Positions 27,801-40,036 of a DNA stretch of 64,000 bases are shown here, one piece after another (position 1 is the first letter of the stretch; each line of letters opens with the position of its first letter). This DNA is from Macrostomum lignano. Lineage: Eukaryota. The position numbers were made by a program, and so were the translations under genes. The stretch spans positions 1 to 64,000 of the forward strand of contig NIVC01002456.1 of NCBI GenBank assembly GCA_002269645.1, given 5' to 3'. The notes under the pieces are model-generated. The model ran no database searches. It had not been told where the DNA came from and saw only the letters and a list, made by a program, of their open reading frames with translations.

Positions 27801-30800
27801 CAGTGAGTCAGTGGGTCAGTGAGTCAGTGAGTCTGTGAGTCAGTCAGTGGGTCAGTGAGTCAGTCAGTGAGTCAGTGAGTCAGTCAGTGAGTCAGTGGGT
27901 CAGTGAGTCAGTGAGTCAGTCAGTCAGTGAGTCAGTGGGTCAGTGAGTCAGTGAGTCAGTCAGTGAGTGAGTCAGTGGGTCAGTGAGTCAGTGAGTCAGT
28001 CAGTGAGTCAGTCAGTCAGTGAGTCAGTGGGTCAGTGAGTCAGTGAGTGAGTCAGTCAGTCAGTCAGTCAGTCAGTCAGTCAGTCAGTCAGTCAGTCAGT
28101 TAGTCTGTCTGTCTGTGTGTCTGTCTGCCTGTCTGTCTCTCTGTCTGTCTGTCTTAATCTGTCCTAATGTCTAAGTAACACGACATGATATGTCCACCTG
28201 TCAATCGGGATTTAATAACAAAGCAAATTCACTCACTTGCTGTCCATCAGATCCTCAGCGCTTGCTGACCGCTTTGGCGGTCCAGTCAGGGTACCCGAAG
28301 CCTCTGTTGGCGAGGATGCGGCGCTGAGGGAAAAACCAATTAATTACGCAATAACATGATTATCTATAAAAATGACAACGAGAATGTCACCCGCTCACAC
28401 GGGGTGTACAGCGGCCATTGAACCCTCTCTGCGCCTTGGGGCTGGCCCTCATAGACCTGCCAAGACATTCCAACAGCAACTCACCAAGCCTTGCAGTCGT
28501 CTTCAATGCCAACGCCGTTACCATCGGCGACCATCGCTGCGCCGACGCCACCGCCGCCACCGTTGGCAGGCCAGCCGACTCGAATCGAATCCTCAGTCGG
28601 TGTCATCGCCTCTTCAACTGCGCGAGGCGCCGCTCCGCCGCCGACAGCCCCGGCGCTAGCAGACGAAGTATCAACATCTTCAACAGGCGGCGAAGTCCGA
28701 CCAAGCAGTTCCGCGTAGACGCCGGCGCCGCCGCCTCCGCCAACGAAGCCCTGATAGCGGCGGCAATCTTCGCGGAACTGCACTAGCAGAGCTCTGGTGA
28801 GGTGCTCGCCAAGATCCTGACTGGCTAAGAACTGATGACCCAGCAGCTCCTGAGCGGTTGGCCGACTTTTCGGACTCAAACGAAGCGCAGTCTTTAGGAA
28901 CTCGTGAAAACTGGCGCTCCAGCTGGATTTCTCTTTCAGCTTAGGCGGCCGGTAGCGGCTGCTGGCCAGCAGCTGCAGCGCCTTCATCGGGTGCAGGCTG
29001 AACATCGGCGGCTCGAGTTCGGCCAGCTCGATAGCCGTAATGCCCGCCGCCCAGGTGTCGCAGCGTTCGTCATAGCCACCTTTCCGGCGCACGTCGGCAA
29101 CCTGGGATTCGGTGAAAGTCAAATTGTCACTGAGAGTCAAATTGTCACTGACAGTCAAATTGTCACTGACAGTCAAATTGTCACTGATAGTCAAAATGTC
29201 ACTGACAGTCAGTCAAAATGTCACTGACAGTCAGTCAAAATGTCACTGACAGTCAAAATTTCACTGACAGTCGGTCAAATTGTCACTGACAGTCAAATTG
29301 TCACTGACAGTCAGTCAAAATGTCACTGACAGTCAAAATTTCACTGACAGTCAAATTGTCACTGACAGTCAAGATGTCACTGAGAGTCAAATTGTCACTG
29401 ACAGTCAAAATGTCACTGAGAGTGAGTCAAAACGTCACTGACAGTCAAAATGTCACTGACAGTCAAATTGTCACTGGCAGTAAAATAGTCACTGAAAGCA
29501 AAAATTATATGCTTGAGAAACTCGGTGACTTTGTTAAAAATGAAACAGAGCCATGTAGATAATACAGGGGATTAAGAATCTATATGTCTATTTATACTAC
29601 CAACTGATAAAATACAAGTAATTAAGATTAAATAAAAGCATTGTAAATAAAATATCGAATAAAAAAAACAATTTAAATTCAATATTAGCGTATTTTGACT
29701 GACTAAAGACTATTTTAAATTAATCAGATCAGGCACTAAAAGTTCATCTCTAAACCATCCAATTAGCGATTTAAATTCTACTCAAATTGCAAGCAAATAA
29801 TTGTAGCTTCCAATTAAACTGCCTGTATTGCTAATTAATGTTAAAACCAAACAACTCTTTCGTTTTAATCTCTTTCCTAAAAAAACCTTTCTTGTGAACA
29901 GGAGTCAGGATGTTAATTTTTTTATAGAATGATTTCTAATTTGGACGGTAATTTGCCTATCGTCTACTTGAGGTACGAAGAGTTGCATTTTTAGTAGAAT
30001 GTTATTGAATAAAATATTTTATATCTTATAGAGCTCTATGAATTATTCTTTTCTCTCTTCGCATCAGAGAACCACCTTCGATCCGCCCCCATCTTAAGAA
30101 TCACCCCAGATCCGCCGCCACCCTTGAGAATCACCCCAGATCCGCTCCTATCCTTGAGAATCACTCCATATCCGCCCCATCTTTGAGAATCACCCCAGAT
30201 CCGCCCCCACCCTTGAGAATCACTCCATATACGCCCTATCTTTGAGAATCACCCCAGATCCACTCCTACCCTTGAGAATCACTCCATATCCGCCCTATCT
30301 TTGAGAATGACTCCAGATCTGCCCCCATCCTTGAGAATCACTCCATATCCGCCCCATCTTTGAGAATCACCCCAGATCCGCCCCCGCCCTTGAGAATCAC
30401 TCCATATACGCCCCATCTTTGAGAATGACTCCAGATCTGCCCCCATCCTTGAGAATCACTCCATATCCGCCCCATCTTTGAGAATCACCCCAGATCCGCC
30501 CCCGCCCTTGAGAATCACTCCATATACGCCCCATCTTTGAGAATGACTCCAGATCTGCCCCCACCCTTGAGAATTACTCCATATCCGCCCCATCTTTGAG
30601 AATCACCCCAGATCCGCCCCCACCCTTGAGAATCACTCCAGATCCGCCCCATCTTTGAGAATCACTCAATATCCGCCCCATCTTTGAGAATCACCCCAGA
30701 TCCGCCCCCACCCTTGAGAATCACTCCAGATCCGCCCCATCTTTGAGAATCACTCAATATCCGCCCCATCTTTGAGAATCACCCCAGATCCGCCCCCACC

Positions 30801-33800
30801 CTTGAGAATCACCCCAGATCCGCCCCCACCCTTGAGAATCACCCCAGATCCGCCTCCACCCTTGAGAATCACCCCAGATCTGCCCCCACCCTTGAGAATC
30901 ACCCCAGATCCGCCTCCACCCTTGAGAATCACCCCAGATCCGCCCCCACCCTTGAGAATCACTCCAGATCCGCCCCATCTTTGAGAATCACTCAATATCC
31001 GCCCCATCTTTGAGAATCACCCCAGATCCGCCCCCACCCTTGAGAATCACTCCAGATCCGCCCCATCTTTGAGAATCACTCAATATCCGCCCCATCTTTG
31101 AGAATCACCCCAGATCCGCCCCCACCCTTGAGAATCACCCCAGATCCGCCCCCACCCTTGAGAATCACCCCAGATCCGCCTCCACCCTTGAGAATCACCC
31201 CAGATCTGCCCCCACCCTTGAGAATCACCCCAGATCCGCCTCCACCCTTGAGAATCACCCCAGATCCGCCCCCACCCTTGAGAATCACCCCAGATCCGCC
31301 TCCACCCTTGAGAATCACCCCAGATCTGCCCCCACCCTTGAGAATCACCCTAGATCCGCTCCTACCCTTGAGAATCACTCCATATCCGCCCCATCTTTGA
31401 GAATCACCCCAGATCCGCCCTTACCATTGAGAATGATCCCATATCCGCCCCATCTTTGAGAATGACCCCAGATCCGCTCCCACCCCGAAGCACAAACAGA
31501 AAAGCAGCTCAAGTCCTCACCTCGGGCGCCATCCAGTAAGGTGTGCCAATAAACGACATTCTCTTGCCAATGGTTTCACTAATTTGAGCCGATATACCGA
31601 AGTCGGCCAATTTAACGCAGCCAGACTTGGTTAGTAGAATATTGGCACCCTTCACGTCTCGATGAATCTGCTGTTTAGTGTGCATATGAGCCAGGCCGCG
31701 CAATGTCTCGCGCATAACAAAGGCGATTGTAGCCTCTTCGAATGGTCGGCGAGTTGTAGCATAGATGTCTTGCAGTGATTTGCCGCCGCAGTATTCCATG
31801 GCTATCCATAGACTCGCGTGGCTGCAGGCACGACTGTCGCTGTTCGGCGATAAGAGTAGGTGATAATGTAGTAATGGCCCTTAAAAGGGCCGTTTTTCAT
31901 TTCAATAGTGAGAAGATAAGATGATGAAGCAATGGCCCTTAAAAGAGCTGTTTTATCAATTCCTAATACTAAGATCAAATGATGAAGCAATGGCCCTTAA
32001 AAGGGCCGTTTTTTTCATTTTAATTGTGGGAAGTGAGATGATGAATCAACGGCCTTTTAAAGGGCTGTTTTATCAATTCCGAAAACTAAGAAGATCAGAT
32101 GATAAAGCAATAGCCCTTAAAAGAGCCGTTTTATCAGTTCCTAATACTAAGAATATCAGATGATGAAGCAATAGCCCTTAATAAGGCCGTTTTATACTTA
32201 AAGACTACCCGTTCAAAAGTGAGTCGGTCACATTCTTTGGTGACAGTCGAAATTGCGACACTGCCCGTCATGCTTGTGACCGTCAAGTTTGAAAGTGATG
32301 TGACCGTCAACAATGGGACCTTCAAACATCACCAAGCTAGGGTCACATTGATGATCACGAGAGACTGTTTATTTGACAGTCTTACTAGTGAGTTTATTTG
32401 ACTGTCAAAATGAAGGGTCACAATGAAGGGTCACAATGAAGGGTCCCAATGAAGGGTCACAATGAAGGGTCACAATGAAGGGTCACATGTGATACATTCG
32501 TTTAAATGTCACAAAACGCAATTGAGGATTGGGGGACGCTTCTAGAATGACTCTGGGGCCGTAGAGTTGTACGAGTATCTGAGGCAAAAAGTCATGTGCG
32601 TAGTTCAAATGCACAAATTTAGGCATGCACTTGACCCATTGTTAGCATTGGTACGTACAATTATATAGATTTTATACAAGTTATACTCACGTTAGAAAGG
32701 CGCCAAAGAACTCCACAATATTAGGATGGTGGCAGTCCTTCAGCACATAGAGCTCAGTAAGGATGGTTTTCAAATCGTCTGCTGGATCAATTCTGACAGA
32801 CTTCATCGCTGCATAGGTTCCAGATGCCTTCTGTTTTGCCTAAAATGTGATTTAAAACATGATATCCATTGTGACATAATAAATTAAAGCCTTTCATTTT
32901 CCTAGAACAATATTGAATATTTTTCAATGCATTTATTTCTAAAAAATTTAACATTTCTACTTTTAGTAGAGTACTAGTAGGAGTGTATTATTTTTCTTAA
33001 TTTCAATATTCTGTCATTCTTACTGTATGTATAGTAGCTAGAAAATCCTAGGCATAATAATTTATTTATTGATCTCACAGTTATAAACTATTATTAATAT
33101 ACTAACTATTTTGTAGCAGTTTAACCTGTGGTAGCTAATACTATAAGGGTAACATTTAGTCTATGATTCCATTTAGAAATATTAAATAATACTTCAGACT
33201 TCTCTCCTCTTTTCTTCATTGTAAAAAATTGCAATCTTACTTATCATAAAATAACTTTAAGTCATAACAACCCTACTATCTAATAATACCCATACTTTCA
33301 AAGATGCTCTCTTGCGAAAAACTCTTGTATACAACAAGGACCAGGTAGTCATATGCTTTGTGCATAACATGTATCAAGGAGCCTACCAAGATTTTTATAT
33401 ATACAATATGCACCCCTATCAGTGCAACTATATCACATTGAAAGGGCCTGTCAACTTAAGCTTATAAAGTGGAGCCCGAGTAACCAATGTATGCAAATGA
33501 TGTCATTCTGCTCATAGTTATACTAGGAAGCTAGGTTTGGTAAGTGACAAAAATTGGACTTGGGATAGGAGAGAACAAGCAAGGGGATAATTAGGGACTC
33601 TACTTTATAAGCTAGAGTTGACATAAATCATCCAAAAATTTAATGATTATAAATGCATGCCAAAAAAATTGAGTGCATGCCTATTCCCAGAAACTACACC
33701 AGTGTTGATTTTTCTGCTTTTTTGGCAATACTATTTATAGCAGAAAATCAATACATTTGATTTTTTGTTGAAATACTATAATACAAGCTTTAAAAACTTA

Positions 33801-35074
33801 GAAAGCTTGAAATTTATGCTAAAAAATGAATTCTTTCTGTGTGAGTCTATAAAGTACATGCCAGGTGTATTTTCTTAGGAACGATACATGCCAGGTGTGC
33901 ATGCCTACTTTTGGCATACAGGACCAATGCATACCCAAATTTTTTGGCATATATTATATTATCTAGAATATAATAATAATACTAGTCAGCAGAATATAGT
34001 CAAGTAACTAAATTATTAATGAAATATAGTAAGGACAAGGCAAACCAAACTTGTCAATACTAGAGTTGATAAATAAGATATTGACAAATTTGGTGGGACC
34101 CTCTTATAAAGCTATAATAATATAAGATAAGGTCTATACTTTTTAGATTAATTTATATAGGCTTAGCCCACTATCAAGTCAAGAAGATGTCTAGTATATG
34201 CCAGATTTTTTAAGCAAATTTTTAGATATAAGCCAAGTATGCCAAAAATTTAAAATGTCACTTTGTCATATATCTTAAAACCTCAAAATTATGCAACCTT
34301 ACTTTTGCACCACAATAAACTATGAAAAAATTCTTTTTTTATTGCAACAATCAATGATTTTTTTGCATTGTAACATTTGAAATTTCTATATTTATAATTA
34401 TATACAATATATGAAATAAATATTGTCTTTTTTCTTCATGACAACATGTAATTACACTAAGTTTAGATACTAAAATTCTTTAAAATAGCACTATTTAGTA
34501 TTATCATATGCAATTATTTTTTGCTTTTTTGCTTGCACTCCTATCACCACATTTAAAGAAGAGTCTTAGTTCTTTATTTTACTGCTTCTTTTTTTCAAAA
34601 TATTCTACCTATTATTATAAAAACAAAATATACTTTGAACCAATTTTTTAAATAGCTTTGTATACTACTTTTTGTATACCAAATACAACTTTTTAGGATT
34701 CAAGCATGCCAAAGAAATGTGAAAGGCTAATGCATGCTAAAAATTCTAGTATATAAAACACCTTTCTGATTATGGTCTGAGGCTTAGCTAATGTTATGAT
34801 ATTAATATTCTATACTATTTTTATACTCAATAAAACTATATGAATAAATCAAAACAAATAAAGAAATAACAAAAACAATAATTTTTACAGGCCTTATACA
34901 CTATAGGCTCTTAATTACCTTATAAACATGTCCATATGTGCCACTCCCAATTTCTTTGATACTATCATAGACATCCCAAGGATCTGTTCCTTTGATGACT
35001 GATAGCAACTGTGGATGTCTTTGAAAAATCAGTTCACGTGGATAGACTTTGTGATTATGGTTGCTAACTGGCAT
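21876..35074 (-). CDS. MAP4K3: MAP4K3/MAP4K5-like (GCK-I, Drosophila happyhour-like) STE20 kinase with C-terminal CNH domain, ~908 aa
   Basis: Ten exons: 35074-34919, 32839-32691, 31821-31521, 29101-28485, 28323-28237, 26409-26320, 25654-25621, 25532-25035, 23777-23385, 22277-21876. All are GT-AG and frame-consistent (2727 nt). Motifs: [58 protein letters not shown], and CNH start [11 protein letters not shown]. The exact paralogue (MAP4K3 vs 5) is not determinable, and linker exons 5-7 are less certain. Confidence 0.92.
22320..23345. repeat. Two adjacent intronic minisatellites (~21-23 bp and ~24-26 bp)
   Basis: tagatacctgtctgagataccca-like units at 22320-22760 and cccattagttacctagatctgcaatac-like units at 22900-23345. 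Confidence 0.9.
23830..25010. repeat. Three intronic minisatellites (21, 20 and 23 bp)
   Basis: cagggtggtcactcagagact (23830-24020), ctctgagtgactcactgagc (24440-24660), ccctgagtgactggtgttacagt (24740-25010). Confidence 0.92.
25790..26165. repeat. 21-bp minisatellite
   Basis: Unit gactgtccgagatgatactca. Confidence 0.93.
26470..26930. repeat. 34-bp pyrimidine-rich minisatellite
   Basis: Unit ctcatctagcctcacttcttatctcccctatcat. Confidence 0.9.
27505..28150. repeat. (GAGTCAGT)/(CAGT)n compound microsatellite
   Basis: Direct observation. Confidence 0.95.
29115..29480. repeat. 18-bp minisatellite abutting a splice acceptor
   Basis: Unit tcaaattgtcactgacag. Confidence 0.93.
30075..31485. repeat. 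~30-bp minisatellite, G-rich on the minus strand
   Basis: Unit ccttgagaatcaccccagatccgcccccac. Confidence 0.96.
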
Positions 35075-36924
35075 TTTGATTGGTCATATTATTTTTGATT
35101 CAGTTGTATAGAAACTATCCAAATGAGAAAACTACAACTACAATTGAATTGGTTTTTGTAATCAGAACCAAATTCTGACAAAATATAAAGGCACAATTAT
35201 ATATGCCTCAACTTCAATGAGCCCTTAGCTAGTTAAACATTTTTTAGGCTTTGGAATTTAGACGAAGGCAAATGGACAGCGAGAACTATTAAATTTGGTT
35301 AGGCAAGGCCAAATAGAATATCTGGTGTTTGCTTAAGTGCTTAATGATAATAAGCCTATTTCCCAAATTAAACGTTTTAATTCAATTGAAAACGATTATT
35401 AAAAAGTAACAATATAAAACTTTTAAAAAAGCGTCTAGTGGTGTATAATGGTGCAATTCAACTATCAAAAATAGTTCATAATTCCTGCAGTCCACAGCTT
35501 TGGTATCAGTCAGCAATTGCTGTAGTTTAGTTTGTCAAATATAGAATAGCTTTATAAGAAAACTATAGTATTTAAAATTGCTACAGAATAGTGACTATTA
35601 AAACTAATTTATTTATTAGTTATGTAGGGAATCGTATTTTTTGTCATTTAATTTCCATCATTAAATACATTAAACTAAATACATACTTATGATTACTCTA
35701 TACCAGGGTAGTAATTACTACGCATCATTTGACCTACTTAAACGGTTATCGTGCGATTCACACCCATGATTCATGGGCCATGAAAGCCAATCCTCGAGGA
35801 ACAGAAAGTGGCCACTGTCCACCCCGTGTGAGCGTATGTTTGTGAGTGCCTGCTGCTTAAAGTACATTTTGGCGCACGCGTTGTGTGCTCAATTGGGTTC
35901 GATCAGCAAACGGAATGGGACGTAATTATTAAGGCATATTTCCGCAGGTTGTAGAGGTGCTGCTGAAAGAGTTGCACCAGGCTAGCTAGGGTGCCCAAAA
36001 ACCTCCTGCAGTAACTAAAGAACTTCGTCTGTTGGAGTAATTAGAAGAGCTAGAATAAGCTTTAGTTCTGGAACAATAAGTTTAATAAAGATACATACAT
36101 GTACATGTTTGTACAAACATAATGTGAATTGCATCACATCGCATATGCTGTAGATATTGTAGCTACTGTATTGTAGCCGCCTGCATGTACCGTGCTAAGA
36201 TTAAAGTATAATAACAAGAAAACAATTCAACCACGGTATATAGTTCTATACATATTTTCAGCAACCCGTCTGTGGTGAACTGAATTGCGAAATTGAAATG
36301 CTAGGTGTACGTACATGTACATGTACGCATGTGTGTACATAGTTAGTAGTTAGTAGTCTATCAAGAAATTCAACAAGATATACATTTATATTTATGCATG
36401 TGGCGAACGCGCGCAACGTGCATATCAATACCTGTTTTTAAAAATTAGAATAATTATTTAAATAATAAATACTGGTAAATATATACTTTTTGAATTTTAT
36501 TGAATATTAATTTGAATTAAAGACTCAGCTAACAAGATCAGATTATGCATTTTAGGATGACAAATGAGTCATGGCCGATACAAAATCACTAATTAATATT
36601 CGTTATAACATAATTATAATAAATCATTAATTTGATTTTAAAACCGGCATCCAAAAATATACACACTACACTTATCAGTGAAACACCCCCATTAGAAGCA
36701 ATTGAAGGAATTAAGCGCGATCTGCAGCTTAGAAAACCTCTTCTTCATTTGGCATAAATTATTTTTCAACAACCATTTCGCTTGGGAACTGGTTGCTTCT
36801 CTACAGCTGCTGGTAGTGCATGTTGTGTGAAGAATCGTGAGGATCGTCGATTCGAAATCGACGTGTGCTCATGGCAAATCGGATCTGGCTGGGTTTTTTC
36901 TGGTACATGTATAATGCGTGTAAA

Positions 36925-37845
36925 CCTCCCTTCTCTCTCCTTTGCCTCCCTTTTCTTTCTCCCTTCTCTCTCCCTTGTCTCCCCTTCTCTTTCCTTTCTC
37001 TCTCCCTGTCTCCCCTTTCTCTCTCCATTGCCTTCCCTTCTCTCTCCCTTGCCTTCCCTTTCTCTCTCCCTTCTCTCTCCCTTGCCTCCCCTTTCTCTCT
37101 CTCCCTTCTCTCTCCCTGTCTCCCCCTTCTCTCTCCCTTCTCTCTCCCTGTCTCCCCTTTCTCTCTCTCCCTTCTCTCTCCCTGTCTCCCCTTTCTCTTT
37201 CCCTGTCTCCCCTTTCTCTCTCTCCCTTCTCTCTCCCTGTCTCCCCTTTCTCTTTCCCTTCTCTCTCCCTGTCTCCCCTTTCTCTCTCCCTTCTCTCTCT
37301 CCCTGTCTCTCCCTTCTCTTTCCCTTCTCTCTCCCTGTCTCCCCTTTCTCTCTCCCTTCTCTCTCACTTGCCTCCCCTTTCTCTCTCCCTTCTCTCTCCC
37401 TGTCTCCCCTTTCTCTCTCTCCCTTCTCTCTCCCTGTCTCCCCTTTCTCTTTCCCTTCTCTCTCCCTGTCTCTCCCTTCTCTTTCCCTTCTCTCTCCCTG
37501 TCTCCCCTTTCTCTCTCCCTTCTCTCTCACTTGCCTCCCCTTTCTCTCTCCTTTCTTTCTCCTTTCTCTCTCCCTTCTCTCTCCCTGTCTCCCCTTTCTC
37601 TCTCCCTTCTCTCTCCCTGTCTCCCCTTTCTCTCTCCCTTCTCTCTCCCTGTCTCCCCTTTCCCTCTCCCTTCTCTCTCCCTTCTCTCTCACTTGCCTCC
37701 CCTTTCTCTCTCCCTTGTCTCCCCTTTCTCTCTCCCTTGTCTCCCCTTTCTCTCTCCCTTGTCTCCCCTTTCTCTCTCTCTTGCTTCCCTTTCTCTCTCT
37801 CCCTTGCCTCCCCTTTCTCTCTTCTTTCTCTCTTCTCTCTCCCTT
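36925..37845. repeat. CT-rich low-complexity array
   Basis: ctctctccctgtctcccctttct-like units. Confidence 0.95.
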
Positions 37846-38719
37846 CCGTTTCCATCTCATCATCACTTATTCCATCTTCCCATTAGTCTCCACTAATTTA
37901 CCCGATCCCTGCAATCATTTTTTACTGAACACCCTCGTATAGCCACATCTGTTCCAGAACGAGAGCTAGAAAAGTATCCACGCAACAGAAAACTTGTACT
38001 ATTGCCGGTTTTCTCATTACCTAAAAACTTAACTAGAGGACATCCAAGGTGCGCTAAGCAGAGGAGCACTTAAGAGTGAGAAGAGAGAGTCAGTCCCTCG
38101 CTCAATCGCGCCACAAGGCCAAATGCAACCTCAGTCAGGCAACCCAACCAATCTTATTGTCGACAAAAATTCACTATATATACATGCAGTGGGGATTTTG
38201 GGATTATTATTTCTCTACCTGGCGTTTCCAATTACACCACAGGCAGCCATGCTAGAGAGAGAGTGTGTGTGTGTGTGTGTTAGCCATCATCGTCTCTAAT
38301 ACTAGATGTTTCTCATTTCTCATTTCCCAGCTGGCCAGCTACTCGTTAGTTACAACCCCACACGATTGGCGATGCTCCATCTCTTTGCCCTGGGACCGCT
38401 CGTGTGGCCTGCACCCTGCTAAACTCTCAGCGCTGCTGGGCCTTAACAGTAATTAACTTGGCAATAATGAAAACTGGAGTGACGAATGAGGGACACAAGC
38501 GGCCGACTGCACCCAGGAGGCAGCCACCTGGCTCTACACAAGCTTCTGTACACCTGACTGACCTAAAATGAAAAACCAAAAATGCTAAAACACCGAAGCA
38601 CGTGGGCTTAGTTCAGCTTAGTCCTAAATGGACAGTGAGAAATGATGTAAAGTGAAATTTTTTATGACAATAAGTTACTCCACACATTTTTTCCAGACTG
38701 CACACAGCTCACGAAACAG

Positions 38720-38730
38720 GGACAGACAGG

Positions 38731-38769
<39 letters not shown>

Positions 38770-38879
38770 GCAGACAGGCAGACAGACAGGCAGACAGACA
38801 GACAGACAGACAGGCAGACAGACAGACAGACAGACAAACAAACAGACAGACAGGCAGACAGACAGACAGACAGACAGGC

Positions 38880-38928
<49 letters not shown>

Positions 38929-39003
38929 GGCAGGAAGACAGACAAACAAACAGACAGGCAGGCAGACAGACAGACAGACAGACAGACAAACAAACAGGCA
39001 GGC

Positions 39004-39040
<37 letters not shown>

Positions 39041-39215
39041 GGCAGGCAGACAGGCAGACAGGCAGACAGGCAGACAGGCAGACAGGCAGACAGGCAGACA
39101 GACAGACAGGCAGACAGACAGACAGGCAGACAGACAGACAGACAGACAGGCAGACAGACAGACAGACAGACAGACAGACAGGCAGGCAGACAGACAAACA
39201 AACAGACAGGCAGGC

Positions 39216-39310
<95 letters not shown>
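38720..39310. repeat. (CAGA)n microsatellite
   Basis: Direct observation. Confidence 0.97.
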
Positions 39311-39312
<2 letters not shown>

Positions 39313-40036
39313 TCATTTAGGGTTAGTTAGAGTGCGCACTCATGTATTGATGGAGTCACGAACGCCATCGTCAATAAGCTTCGAAATATTCCGCTTTTTT
39401 AAAAGACAAAACAGATTCTTTTGAGGCTGAAGCATGGGTTTTTTAATTCTAACGACCAACCGACCGCCAGCAAAATCAGGCAGGCAAAATGTTGTTTTTT
39501 AATAATTACTTGGAGATGGATTCTGCGGTTGATGTTAGTGTGGCACGATTCTACATGGTACTTGTAGAATTTTACTAACAGTAATAAACTACTTGCATCT
39601 AAGTGTAGGACTGATTATGGCGCGACTATAACCACTAATAAGACAGATTAAAGAGACTCTGAAAAATCACGGAAAAATCACGGAGAGTCCAATCGTTTTA
39701 ATTTTCAATAATAACTTGAATATGATATTTGTTTATTTAATGCCAAAAAGTTGTTAAAATTTTTGAATTGTTTAATTAGCGAATAAAAACAGAAAAACGA
39801 GTTGGAAATTTTTGAAAATTAAAGCCGTAACTTTTTTGTTACAATCGGTAGCTCGAGACAATATTCTTCGTTTAGTTTTGTTTAAATACGCTCGATTTGA
39901 TTCTGTGCCGGACTTCAAAAAAACGTGACGATTGTGACGTTAATAGTCTCTTCTTATTTTTATCTATCTTCGTTGGCGCCAGAAATCACGTGACACCAGA
40001 CACAGCGAGGTCACGTGACAGAGCCGCGCTCGCTCT

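Noticed and set aside
28391-28456. Possible 66-nt in-frame alternative exon in the kinase gene
   Set aside because: It would need a 28-nt upstream intron and the sequence is partly SINE-derived; the 160-nt intron is more parsimonious.
33640-33960. Degenerate inverted repeat (gcatgccaaaaaa ... ttttttggcat)
   Set aside because: Too diverged, with no TSD; at most an old MITE remnant.
36780-36920. Cys-containing plus-strand segment (CCVKNRED..CSW..GTC) as an exon of a hidden gene
   Set aside because: No partner exons or recognisable family were found; the opposite strand weakly resembles a LINE C-terminal remnant.
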